NCBI RefSeq assembly: GCF_016432865.1
Contig: NC_067403.1
Location: forward strand, 134,168,001 to 134,232,000
Direction: 5' to 3'
Source of the DNA: Antechinus flavipes
Lineage: Eukaryota
DNA: 64,000 nt
Numbering within the stretch: the stretch's first letter is position 1; each line of letters begins with the position of its first letter. The position numbers and the translations under genes are program-made. The notes under the pieces were generated by a model. The model was given only the letters and a program-made list of their open reading frames with translations. It made no database searches and was not told the DNA's origin. Positions 1 through 12,217 of this stretch are shown here, piece after piece.

Positions 1-386
1 ATTGTACAGGTTTATTTCAAAAATAATATGTCACCTGGCTGTTTGGGTTTGTTAGTGGTCTTTTAACTGAAGAAAACTTTAGCTGTCTAAGTAAGATTGA
101 TAATGTAGATTTGCAGGTATTTGAAGATGGAATGGAATAGCAAAGATTTAAGGGGAAAAAAATGGGACAAATCAGGATCCTACTGTGTATGCTTAATGCT
201 ATTTCAGAAAAGAGCATAAAAGATCCATTGTGTATTTTTAACCAACTTTTCCTTTCCCTTGATGCACAAAACATTAGCTGCTTTCAGCCCAACATGGAGA
301 GATTTATAGAATGGGACAAATTTAATTGTTCACTTAAGCTTAAATTGGTACTATTATTATGCTAATTGAATTGTTTCCTTTTTCAG

Positions 387-413
387 GGACCTCAAGGGCC
401 TCCAGGACAAAAG
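387..413 (+). CDS. COL25A1: Collagen XXV exon E1 (27 nt) GPQGPPGQK
   Basis: tgtttcctttttcAG acceptor (385-386), gga cct caa ggg cct cca gga caa aag, donor GTaaag at 414. Confidence 0.93.
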
Positions 414-2445
414 GTAAAGAATAAATAATAAGTATAAATAATAATACTGTGAAAGTAATTATGATCCTTAATTCCAAATTGCAATTCTGAGAAGTGAATA
501 ATATTAGCTACAGTATGCTACTTCGGAGCAATTAGTTTAGATTGTCAAGTCTGTTTTTCCCAAATCCAACCTCATAATGTGAGAAATTTTCTAATTTTTC
601 CCCTATTATAAAAAATGTACAGTCCAGATCAGACTGTTTTCAGTCTGTATACTGAACTTGTAAGTTAAAAAGTTATTATAATTTTCTTATTCAAGTACTA
701 GTAGAGCTATGAAGTCAAGTTTTTAAAAAGTCAAGAGAAGATAAAGTCTCAGGTTAAATGGATTATGACTTTACTGAGCTGCTCTATTGCCACATGACCC
801 AAACATTGGCCACAATAAACCAAGAAGGTTAAATAATGCTAAACTAGTTGTGTACAGGTGGCTCAGGACTTCCCTCCTATTGCCAAGTGGAGAATTTACT
901 TTCTGTATCTTTTTGGCATTGTTTATACTTATCAGTATCAAATACTGCAGTTTGATAGAAGTGAACCAAGAGCTTGAAGGATTACATCATTACACAATAC
1001 TAAATGACATCAGTAGGTCATTCATCACATCAGTGAAAGCTGATCAATGGCTCCTTGCCATCATTTTACACTAATACAACTGAATTCCCAATTAAACAAA
1101 AATGTATTAAGTATAGAAGTAACATTATATATCTAAAGAAAGTACTCAGAAATCAGAATAGAATCACTGGTAATAGTATGAATAGAAAAGCATTTGTTCT
1201 CTATTTTAAAATTTCATATTGCATCCAGGGTTGAAGCCTTAAAAAAATACTTGTTATCTGTTAAAACAAAACCTTTTAAACCAAAATAAAAGCTAATGAT
1301 TTGTAGGATAATTCATGTCAGAATAACGCAACTTTAACAGTAATGTTTCCAATGTGAAATTGTGAAATTATTCTAATCTATTCATGCCAAGGCAAAATTA
1401 CAAGTCCATTCATAGCACACACAATATTAACAGTAAAAAGAGCATACATTACTTTCCATCAGAAATCTTCAAGTTGTTTGGCAAAAGAAGTCATAATTTT
1501 AATAAAGTCCTTTTCAATTAAAATAAAATCATCTTAACATTTTACAGAAGCCAAGAAAAAAATCAGTTTGTTCCCTAGTACCAGGAAAGGAATGTACATG
1601 CTGAATTTAAAAACATCAATTATCTATATCCATAGTCAGGAAGGAAGATGTAATATGAGAGAGGAAGTAAAAGGAATATTTGGAAATATTTCTTAATGTC
1701 TTTCTGTGCCTGACTAGATGTCATAGTTTTTGCTCTGAATAATATTTAATGACTATTTCTTGTCCTCCAACACATTACCATTTCAAAACTGGATTTATAT
1801 TCACATGATTTGAATAAAGACATCCAGTTTTGGTCTTTGTAAATCCAGAAAACAATAGTTATTGTGAATACCAAGAATTTTCATATCACACAATTATTTG
1901 CTTTCCTTCCTACCAAATATCATTTAATCCCTTCTTCTCTCTTGCCTTTTAATTGGTTCTACTATGGTTTCTTTGTTACCTTTTGTTTCATCTAATTGAA
2001 ACTCATGAGTCTGGAAAGAGCTGTTTTTGTTCTTAAATTTTTCTAATGTAAGTCATTGAACTACATAGTACATATGTACCATAAGCACTAAGAATAGATT
2101 AGTGGCACTAGCTGGTATGTTTGAATTTCAATCTAAGCAATAATTTTTTTTATTAGCACCACATATTAACTTTAACAAGATTAGTATGCTTGACTCATAG
2201 AGAATACAAACAGGATTAGATTTTAATTTTCTAGTTTTTAAGAAATCATGAAAATTATCATTATATGATCATGTGTTGGCCAGCAGATGACATGGGAAAT
2301 AAGTAGTCAAAGGTTGAAACATTTCATAAAGTTGGGAAAGAACACTCATCAAGAACAAAATGCTCCATCAAGATAGTGGATTTGATATGCCATATTAAAG
2401 CAGGAGTTTTTCCTTTTTAAATGCATTTCCTTGTATCTTTATGGC

Positions 2446-2590
2446 AAGTCTTTTAATCCTGTTTGCCTCAGTTCTTCATTTTTAAAATGGGCTGGAGAAG
2501 AAAAGAGCAAACTATTCAGTTAACTTTGACAAGAAAACCCTAAAATGGCGCCCCAAAGAGTCATAAACAGCTGAATAACAACAACAATAT
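2446..2590 (+). mobile_element. MAR1-type CORE SINE (RTE-derived tail), 5' truncated
   Basis: gcctcagttcttcatttttaaaatgggctggagaag core/tail junction; tail ends gaataacaacaacaa. Confidence 0.75.
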
Positions 2591-3934
2591 CTTTGTGGTT
2601 ACTTCTTTCTTCATTCCAATCACAATCCATTCAGAATCACAATCACATGGGTATAATTTCATATCTTGGGGGACTCTTGCCTTGGGCTTAAGTGTTGGGA
2701 ATCTTCATGGAATTTGAATATTTTGTGGGTTCCAGGCCAACTGTAGTTTGTCACTTAGTTTTACAACTGACTAGTGATCCTTTCTCCATTTGATGGTTTT
2801 TTCTCTCTGTGTCTCTGTCTCTCCCATTCTCTCTCACTTTCCTTCTCTCTTTTCATTACTCTGAGCCATTACAAGTCATTTGCTTTAGTTTACTTATACC
2901 CATCATGTCTTTCCAGGGCTTTTTGGGTGATCTGCAATGTTGATTCTTCAGAGATCATGGTGGTTTTACAGCTATATAGAATGATGGTCATTACAAAGAA
3001 AGAAAAAAAAAAACAGGATCTTTGGTGAAAGAGAGAATTTGGAATCTTAAAAGTATAGTATGATTTCACAAATGCAATCCAGCCTGCTTGATTCTTATTT
3101 AATTTTGAGCCCGGCACATTGTACAACTTTGAATATATATGTACAGATTGGTTAATTTATCATACTGCCCATTCAACTCTAGTTCAAGCCTTGGCAATTT
3201 GCATTCTTTATTCACTTAACTTTTGCTGTATGGATTGTAAGATCTGTCATATCTACATTCAACATTTTCATTTCATTTTTACATTTACATTTAGCATTTC
3301 TTCTCTTTTTTTCTAATTTGGTTTCAGCTGTAACCTTTACTGTGAGAATTTGCTAGTTATTGATCTGACTATCCATAGATTATTGATTCTGAATTTATTC
3401 CAACATTGGTAATTAGTCCTTTTATTTCATTTGGGGGTATAATTTCATTTTGGTGGTATGGGTTTATGTTTGCATCCAATCTTTCTGGGGAAAAAAAAGT
3501 ATTCTTCTAAGTCATCAACCAGTATAATCTAAAACTATATTCTCCAACATATTTTTTACTGTCCTTCTGTCGCTTCATCTTCGCAATGAAATGATCAATT
3601 ATCAGGAGGTGTATGTGTATATATATTTCATTTATATATATTATCATTATAGAAAGATCTTGTCAAATTCTTTGTGGAATATCTCTCTATCTTTGCCCTC
3701 TATACCAATTATTAATAAACACATTGCATCAATCTTCATAGAAGTCCCCTTGATTTTGAGCCCATGGATGAAATCGGAAGATATCAGTAAAATATCATTA
3801 CTTAATGCCCTTGAATGTATGATGAAACTCATTTTATTATTATCTGGTTTATTCACATTTGTGAATAAACTTTATCAACTGTTTTATTCACTCCTTAAGG
3901 AGGATGATCCATCCATTTAGTTACAACTTAGTAT

Positions 3935-4115
3935 TAAAAGATTATAGATTTAGACCTGAGAGGAACTTTTGCAAGCATCTATTCCATCTCATCATTTTAT
4001 GGATAAGAATCTGAGAACCAGAGAGAGAAAATCACTTCCTCAAGGACAAATAGAGAGCAAATAACTGAACCAGGCACTAATCATAGATCCTTTGATTGAA
4101 AACTCAAGGCTTTTC
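3935..4115 (-). mobile_element. MIR/MIR3-type SINE
   Basis: Degraded antisense core (cattttatggataagaatctgag...cacttcctcaaggac). Confidence 0.6.
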
Positions 4116-4681
4116 ATCATCATAATACCTTTTTTTTGTCCATGTCTTATGATTTCATTTATTGGAAAAATTTCAATAGGGATACAATTTAGTTCTTCTA
4201 TTAATGTATGAACTGATTGCTGACAAAGATATTTCATCAACAATTAAATTGATATTTATAGTCTAAAACCTATTAATTTTTTAAACTTTCTCATTTTCTA
4301 CTACTTTGTCCCTGTTTAGTGAGAAATGGGTGACACAGAACTAAAGTTCATTTTGTATTTTTATGCTATGAAGTTTAAGGACTCCAACAAGGTAACCTTG
4401 TTGGAAATAATGAGCCTTTCTCTGCATAGTGAGGTTATATTTGCTTAGCACTTACAGCTTACCACTAAAACTTAAGTCACTGTTTTATTTTACTTAATAG
4501 ATTCCCCTCAGAGAATATGCTCCACTGGTATATCCTTCAATAAATCCAAGTAATATCTATGCTTTGGGGAGGTTTTAGAATAGAACATTTGATAATATAT
4601 GATACACAAACATTTAAATTCAGTATAAAAGCATTTTATAATCTGAATGTCTGCCTAAACCTATTATATTTTTCCCATTAG

Positions 4682-4726
4682 GGTTCTATTGGAGCACCTG
4701 GAACTCCAGGAATGGATGGAAAAACG
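4682..4726 (+). CDS. COL25A1: Collagen XXV exon E2 (45 nt) GSIGAPGTPGMDGKT
   Basis: tttttcccattAG acceptor, five Gly-X-Y triplets, donor GTgagt at 4727. Confidence 0.95.
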
Positions 4727-5740
4727 GTGAGTTCCTTTATTATCCTTCTTTTAATTATGAGTAAAATGATATTTTAATCATGATTAATTACAAAAATAAT
4801 TAATGTATACCATGCCCGAATGAAAAATTGGGAATTTACTTTTATGCTTGTTGAATAAGGAATGTATCCAGTTTTCTTGTCCTGGTCATCCAATTTAAAT
4901 TGTACTTAAGACATCAAAGTGGACATTTTAAATACACAGATTTATCTTTAGATTTCCACCTTCATTTATGACATTTTGAGTGATTTTACTGTAACACAAT
5001 TTCTACAAATTTCTACAAATATCAGCACAACTTAATTGTGCTTGAACTAATTTTTTCTAAGATGGGTAAAGAATATAAATGTTACCAAACTTCAAGCCTT
5101 TATTCCAAAATCTTTTATACAGAAGATTTGTTACCTGTATATATGATTTTAATTTTATTAATAGCTACTATGTAATCTCTGGAAAGAGAAGAGTGTATAT
5201 GTGCTCTAGCTATAACAAAGGGACCTTACGTCCCAGTCAGAACTTAGAGGAGTAATGTAATCATCTTATTTCAAGAAGTTGACATGAATGCTAACATATG
5301 AAAATAACATGCTTTTCTGAGAAGGTAAGTAAGAATAGTATAAGTGGTGTAACAGACAGACTACGTCTTAGATGTTAAAACTACATTGGAGGATATCTTA
5401 TTTCTGGGTTATCCCCATTTCACTCCCAAATTTGCTTTTGTTGAATAGGAACTAGTGTTTCTAGGGAGTAGATGAAGTAGGTTCCATTTTTGGTGCTTTA
5501 GAACATATCAAATAAAAACTGGAACAATAACTTTATTTGACTTATAGTCAACAAGAACAATAGTTTTTCAGGTAAATTAGAACTTCTGCTGAAGTTCCAA
5601 TTCCTAGAGTTGAGGCATTCAGGGCCTAATTTAGACATAGACATGGTATTGCTTTTTACATTTTTTCCTCTTTTTAAATGTTAAAAAGCAAATACATATT
5701 AAGCCCACAAATATTTATAGTAAGAATTATACTTAAAAGA

Positions 5741-6005
5741 ATAGCTAGATGACATAGTGGATAGAATGCTGGGCCTAGGATCAAAAAGACTTGAATTCAA
5801 ATCCAGCCCCAGACATTAGCTATGTGACACTGGGCAAATTATGCTCTGTCTGCCTCAGCATCTTCATCTGCAAAATGAGAAAAATAATAGCCTCATGTGT
5901 AAACTGGAACTAATTATAACTCACCTCCCTAGATTGCTGTGAGCTTAAAATGTATTAATATATATAAAGCTTTTTGAAAACCTTAAAACACTATGTAAAC
6001 ATTAA
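5741..6005 (+). mobile_element. MIR SINE, near full length
   Basis: tRNA-like head (acatagtggatagaatgctgggcc, B-box gaattcaaatcc), core ctgcctcagcatcttcatctgcaaaatg, MIR tail. Confidence 0.85.
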
Positions 6006-6290
6006 CTCATTAATAGGATGAAGAGGAGAATTTTAGATATATCTTCTTAGTTTTCCTAGTTAAAGTAAAAGGAAATTTTTCAATTGAGATCAGAAATGTG
6101 GTTTAGCAAGGCCCACTGAAGAACTATCTAAAATATTTTCATGTGCTCCAGATAGTGAATTATGAAAATAGCATATCCAAAGATGTATCTCTAAAATATG
6201 GATCAAGCTGAGCTCTAAGCTCTGTCCTGTTCAGCATAACAGAATCACAAAAGCCCTAAATAAAAAGAGACCTCAAAGACCATCTAGTTC

Positions 6291-7763
6291 TTTTTTTTAT
6301 TGTAGTAAGTTTATTTATTTTTAATACACATTGCTTTATGAATCGTATTGGGAGAGAAAAATCAGAATACAAAAGGGAAAAACCATGGGAGAGAGAGAAA
6401 AAAAAAACAGAAAAAAGAAGTGTCCATAGTATGTCTTGATTTACATTCAGTCTTCTTAGTTCTTTTTCTGGATGCTGATGGTGTTTTCTGTCCAAAGTCT
6501 ATTGGGATTGCTTTGGAACACTGAACTGCTGTAAGAATCAAGTCTTTCATCACACATTCTTGCTGTTATTGTGTTCCACTCAGCATCAGTTCATATCAAT
6601 CTTTCCAGGCCTTTTAAAAATCAGCTTCTTCATCATTTTTTATAGAACAATAATATTCAATTACTTTCATAAACCACAACTTGTTCAGACATTCCTCAGT
6701 TGATGAGTATCCACTCCTTTTCCAGTTCTTTGCAACCACAAAAAGAGCTACTATACAAACATTTTTGCACATGTGAGTCCCATTGCTTCTTTTATGATTT
6801 CCTTGGGATACAGACCCAGTAATGGCACTGCTGGGTCAAAGGGTATGTGTTAGAGTTCAAATGTTGGCATTCTTGTTCTTCTCAAGGCAAAGCCGGTTTA
6901 GAGGCTTGGAGCCCTTCGGATGTCTCCAAATCCAAAGGTTCTGTCCTTCAGCCTCTGCCTCTGCTTTCTTCTGCCTCCAACCAACACAGAGATGGAATGT
7001 CTCTCTTGACTCCTTCTGGGGAGCCCAGCCACCAACCTGCCGCAGAGAGAGGGCTTCTGGCGTAGCTCCACTGAAATCCGTCAAAGTGTTCTCTGCACCA
7101 GAGTCGTTCCTCTCGAGTCCAGCGCGATCAGCCAGCCAAGAGGAAAAAATGTATTCTGCCATAGATCCCTCATCGCTGGCCTTTTATCTGACTCTTCTGA
7201 GAGAATGGGATTATGGGTTTTCTCCCATAGTGCTCTCTGGCCCAATGAGATTTAAGGGAGGTGTGAACTCCCTTGAAGTTAGAAAGTGTACTTTGTGAAG
7301 CTAGCATACTTGTGGGAGTAAAGGTGGGAACACAAGCCTTGTCTTGATTAGTTCTACTTAGTACCTTGTTTCAGGTTCTGGCCAAAACATCTTCTTGTAA
7401 GATTAGATCAACTCTAATTAGTTAGCAGTTAGTAAGGATTCCAACAGGTATGCACAATTTTATAGCCCTTTGGACATAGTTCCAGATTTTTCTCCAGAAA
7501 GGTTGGATCAGTTCACAGTTCCACCAACAATGCATTAGAGTCCCAGTTTTCCCACATTCCCTCCAACATTTATCATTATCTTTTCCTGTCATTTTAGCCA
7601 ATCTGAAAGGGGTGAGATGGTTTTTGTACCTCAGAGTTATTTTAATTTGCATTTCTCTAATCAATAGTGTTTTAGAACATTTTCTGATATAATTATAAAT
7701 GGCTTTAATTTCATCATCTGAAAATTGTCTGTTCATATCCTTTGACTATTTATCAATTGGGGA
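6291..7763 (-). mobile_element. L1 3' fragment (ORF2 C-terminus + 3'UTR), interrupted by a solo LTR
   Basis: Perfect 16-bp TSD aaagaccatctagttc at 6275-6290 and 7764-7779; poly-T at the left end; minus-strand ORF 7422..7736 is L1 ORF2 C-terminus (CWRECGKTGTLMHCWW). Confidence 0.92.
6848..7446 (-). mobile_element. Solo LTR (599 bp), 6-bp TSD, ERV2/beta-like by TSD length
   Basis: TG...CA termini (tgttag...ccaaca); TSD ggtatg at 6842-6847 and 7447-7452; L1 sequence rejoins when it is removed; at least 10 CpGs. Orientation inferred from a minus-strand TATA-like gataaaag. Confidence 0.85.
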
Positions 7764-7885
7764 AAAGACCATCTAGTTCAATCTGTGCATGAATGAGAAT
7801 CAAGAGTTTATCTTGCTTTGCTTGAATACCTCCAATGAGGAGAAATTCATTACTTCCTAAGGCAGCCAATTCATTTATCATTTGT
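7764..7885 (-). mobile_element. L3/CR1 3' remnant (host of the L1 above; left part near 6265-6290)
   Basis: gcttgaatacctccaatgaggagaaattcattacttcctaaggcagccaattc resembles the antisense L3 3' end. Confidence 0.6.
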
Positions 7886-7939
7886 CTTGATATTTTTATC
7901 AACAACTTACATAAAGAAATAAAAGGAACATAAATAGTT

Positions 7940-8150
7940 AAGTGCATAGAACCTTGGGCCTAAAGTCAAAGATTTAAGTTCAAAGACAATGATCCCAGGC
8001 AAGTCACTTACCCTTTCTCTACCTCGGTTTCCTCATCTGTAAAATAGGAGTAGCACTCTACCCTAGGGTTGTTGTGAGGGAAGAAAGGAGATAATATTTG
8101 TAAAGCACTTAGTAGCATACTTCAGTGTTTAATAAATATTTGTTTCTTTT
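7940..8150 (+). mobile_element. MIR SINE
   Basis: ggcaagtcacttaccctttctctacctcggtttcctcatctgtaaaatagg core; tail agggttgttgtgagg. Confidence 0.8.
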
Positions 8151-9446
8151 CTTCCTTCCTTCCTTTTTAAATTTTCGATGACACAGAGCTAATATATTGA
8201 ATGAGAGAATCAATCAATAAACATTTATTAAGAAGTGTTTACTATAATTCGGGCACTATGTTCAGTGATAGGAAAGCAAAAAAAAAAAAAAAAGCAAAAG
8301 ACAGTCTCTATCCTTAAAACACAAAACATATAAAAATGACCACTTTAATCCTTGAAATACAACTTAAATTAGATGACCAGAACAAGAAAACCTTTTTCTT
8401 ACAGAAATTAGAACAAACATGAAATCCTTCAGGCATACTGGAAATAGCCAAGTAGAAATTTGGATGACTTCCTGTCAGTGATGTTTTAGAGAAATTCCTT
8501 CCTGTGTAAGTTGGGAAATGGAAATAGAAGGCTTCCAAGATTCATTATAGTTCTAAGACCTTTGATGTTCAGCTTAGTTACAAATCTAAATTTTTCCCTA
8601 CAAACATAAAACAAAACTAATTTTTTTCATTTAGATTGTTCTTCAGAGAGTCAATGTATGACCTAAAGATAAAGCAAAACTGTCTTGGAAGGAATCTAGA
8701 GCTTTTACTGAAATGCCACAACTATTAAGACCACAACACAATGAGATATCAAAGTAGTTAAGATGACTACTTTAGTGGAGATTTTCAGTTGTATAATCAG
8801 TATTAAAAACTACAGATTTAGAATTTATGGAACGCAGAGGATTTCCTATAATCATGTAAATTTAAAACGAGTAGGTAGCATGGAGAAAGATTAGTTTTTT
8901 TTTTATTTTTAATAATTGTCTATTAGTTTAAAGCCAAAAGAATTAGAGTTAAAATAAGAACTATTTTTTATCTAAATTTGCTGTAATAAGCTACATATTT
9001 TATTTGTAGAGGACTGTCCTTTTGTTGTTAAAAAGAATTTTATAAAATCAAATTTCAAAATACTTCCCCCCAAGGAAAAATATAGAAGGTCTTCTGCTTA
9101 TAAGTCTGACCAAATAGAACCAACAGTATGGAAAAGTTGTTCAAATAGCTTGCTTTAAATTATTTAATTTTTGGCAGAACCCTTTTCTGGTTAAATTCTA
9201 GATCAGGACTCAATAATTTGTATATCCTTGAATGTTTCTCTCTAAGGGATAGGCAATATTTGTGCTGTCATAGGCAGATATAGGCAATAACTTATGCTGA
9301 CATAAAATAATCTGTAAGCCTTAAAAGGTCACAAAATATTAGTGTTATTAAGTCACTAGGTCAGATTCTTTATTTTCCAATGAATGAGTTTGTGAACCCT
9401 CCCTTCTTACATCTATCCACTGTCTAATATGCTCATGTTGATCAAG

Positions 9447-10040
9447 CCATTTAGTAAATATTTATTAGGTATGTACCACATATAGTAGTACCATAGAACA
9501 AGAGAGGCAGAAATAAAACTCTCCCTGCCTCAAGGAAATTACATTATACTAGAGTAAATAATATGAAAACAAATGGATGAATTACATGATAATTTGAGAA
9601 GGAAAAGAGTATTACCAACTGTGAAGATAACGAAAGAGTTATTGATAAAGGGCTAATTTAACTATATCTTGAAGAATTCTGAAAAGTAGAGATGAGAAGG
9701 GGGTACATTCTTGGTATGGAAAATGTCTTCTGAGAATTCACTAAGGCCAGAGTTGGAATGCAGAGCTTAGTGGGCAGATAGATAATAGTATAATTGAATA
9801 AAATATAGAATGCTTGAAGGGAAATCATGTTAAATAAGGTAGAAGGGTAGATAGGAGCCAAATTAAATGCCAGGATACAGAGTTTGTATTTTATTTAAGA
9901 GATAATAGGAAACCACTGCTGGTTTTTGAGATGGGACATGATATGGATAGACTTGTGCCTCAACAGATTATTTTGGCAGCTGGATGAAGAATTGATTGGA
10001 TGGAGAAGAGACAGAAGACTTAGAGACCAATAAGGCAGCT
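9447..10040 (-). mobile_element. L2 LINE fragment
   Basis: Antisense L2 3' end (aaatatttattaggtatgtaccac) followed by purine-rich L2 body (gataataggaaaccactg, ttttggcagctggatg). Confidence 0.75.
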
Positions 10041-10780
10041 ATAAATAATAAACATTAATTTTTACATTTTAAATTTATTCTTGCTCTTTTAAGTAATACT
10101 TTCTGTACTAAAACAAGCAATCTCTAATTTTCAGTACTCTTTTTGTAAGTAAGTGGTTTATAAATATTCCTTATCTGCCTACTATACACAAGGAATTGAG
10201 CCCTTCAAATTCAGTCACTAGCAATATTTCTTCTAAGCACAGAGGAGAGAAGCCTTCACTTTTCATCCCCTTTTATATGTTTAGATCCAGAGAAAGAAAT
10301 CATTTGCATAAGATTCTCCTTATTTGCAGAGATGGTCACTTAATGCTACCTCCCTTCATGAAGGGCAGAGTTGGTGAGATCTAGAGAAGACAGCCTTAAA
10401 TAAAAGTCCAGGATAAAAATTCACTATTTGACAAAAATTGCAGAGAAAATTAGAAAATAGCATGGCAAAAATTAGGCAGTGACCAATATCTAACACCTAT
10501 ACCAAGATAAGGTCAAAATGGGTTCATGATTTAGACAAAAAGGGTGATATATAAGCAAATTAGGAGAACAAGAGATAGTCTATTGATCAGATATGTGAAG
10601 AAGGAATTTATGACCAAAGAAGAACTAGAAAACATCATGAAATGCAAAATGAATTTTTTTTGATTACATTACATTAAAAAGATTTGCACAAACAAAACCA
10701 ATGCAATCAAAATTAGAAGGAAAACTGAAAACTGGAAAACAACTTTTATAGCCAGTGTTTCTGATAAAGGCCTCATTTCT

Positions 10781-11487
10781 TTTCTTTCTTTATTTCTTTC
10801 TTTTTCTGAGGCAAATGGGGTTAAATGACTTGCCCACAATCCGACAGCTAGGAATTAAGTGTTTGTGGTCAAATTTGATCTCAGGTTTTCCTGACTTCTA
10901 TCTACNNNNNNNNNNNNNNNNNNNNNNNNNNNNNNNNNNNNNNNNNNNNNNNNNNNNNNNNNNNNNNNNNNNNNNNNNNNNNNNNNNNNNNNNNNNNNNN
11001 NNNNNNNNNNNNNNNNNNNNNNNNNNNNNNNNNNNNNNTCAAAATATATGCTTGAATAATTTTCAGCATTCATCCTTGTAAAATCTTGTATTCCAAATTT
11101 TTCTCTCTCCTTTCTCCTATCCCTTCATCTAGACAGCAAGTAATCTAATATATATTAAACATGGGCAATTCTTCTATACATATTTCCACAAATATCATGC
11201 TGCACAAGAAAAATCAGATCAAAAAAGAAAAAAATGAGAAAGAAAACAAAATGCAAGCAAACAACTATAAAAAGAATGAAAATACTGTGTTGTGATCCAC
11301 ACTCAATTCCCATAGCTCTCTTTCTATGCAGATGGCTCTTTCCATCATAAAACCATTGGAACTGGTCTGAATCATTTCATTGCTGAAGAGAGCCAGGTAC
11401 ATCAGAATTGATCATCATACAATCTTGCTGTTACCATGTATTGGTATCTCTTGGTTCTACTCATTTCACTTAGCATCAGTTCATGTA
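10781..11487 (-). mobile_element. Antisense composite insertion: CORE SINE (10800-10905) + N gap + L1 3'UTR (11039-11487)
   Basis: 15-bp TSD aaaggcctcatttct at 10766-10780 and 11488-11502; T-rich tail at the left end. Confidence 0.8.
10906..11038. other. Assembly gap (133 N)
   Basis: Run of N. Confidence 0.99.
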
Positions 11488-11673
11488 AAAGGCCTCATTT
11501 CTAAAAATACATACAGAACTGATTCAAATTTATAAGAAGACAAGTCATTCCCCAATTGATAAACAGTCAAAGGATACGAGCACACAGTTTTCAGATGAAT
11601 TTTCATTTCTAGTCATACAAAAAAAATGCTCTAAATCACTATTGATTAGAGAAATGAAAATTAAAACAACTTT

Positions 11674-12217
11674 TGTAATGCTGGAGAAACTGAGGCAAGA
11701 TAGAGATTAGAAAGTTATAATATTTTATTTATTGGAGAGCTTATTTGATTGACTGGATTGGACTTATGTCTCAAAGTATCTAGTATTGAATGTGAGATTC
11801 CAAGGATTTTTATAGGACTTCAGTGAGAAGAAAAACAAAGGCAGAAAGCAGAGAATGGAAATTTTCAGGGATGGACCATAAATTTGGTTTTGACAGGTAC
11901 GAGGTGAGAACTATAAATTATTATAAATTGGAAATTAAGGAGGTATTCAGCTAGAGATAGGAAGTCTGGAGAGATAGAGATAGAGGATGCCAATTAGGTA
12001 TCTGAGATAGGACATCTGGAGTTTTATCTTTTGGAATGTCAGAGTGGCCAGCTCTCTATAGCCCTTATTATCTCAGCCCTAATGACAGGAAAGCAGGGGA
12101 GGGAGCATAGCATACTAACTCAGAGAAATTGAGATATTATAATTTAGGGAAACTAACGCAGGGAACTTATTGCAGGGAAACTGAGATAGAACATTTCAAG
12201 GAGACTGTGGCATAACA
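11674..12217 (-). mobile_element. Solo LTR (544 bp), degenerate 4-bp TSD, ERV1-like by TSD length
   Basis: Termini tgtaatgc / gcataaca (7/8 inverted match); TSD cttt (11670-73) / ctat (12218-21); minus-strand AATAAA near 11725 and TATA near 11810; host L1 rejoins. Confidence 0.85.

Noticed and set aside
161-321. aatgggacaaat repeated at 161 and 310
   Set aside because: A 12-bp match in AT-rich DNA; too short to separate from chance.
770-1075. Complex non-repetitive stretch with a 95-aa ORF after E1, considered as an enhancer or exon
   Set aside because: No Gly-X-Y, no ATG start, no strong motif recognised; unsupported without conservation data.
6822-7298. Longest ORF in the track (158 aa) plus overlapping ORFs 6847..7065 and 6857..7162
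   Set aside because: They lie almost wholly within the GC-richer solo LTR and start in L1. There is no recognisable domain; they are open because stops are rarer at higher GC.
10755-11081. ORFs containing poly-X (also 20620..20902)
   Set aside because: Artefacts of translating through N gaps.
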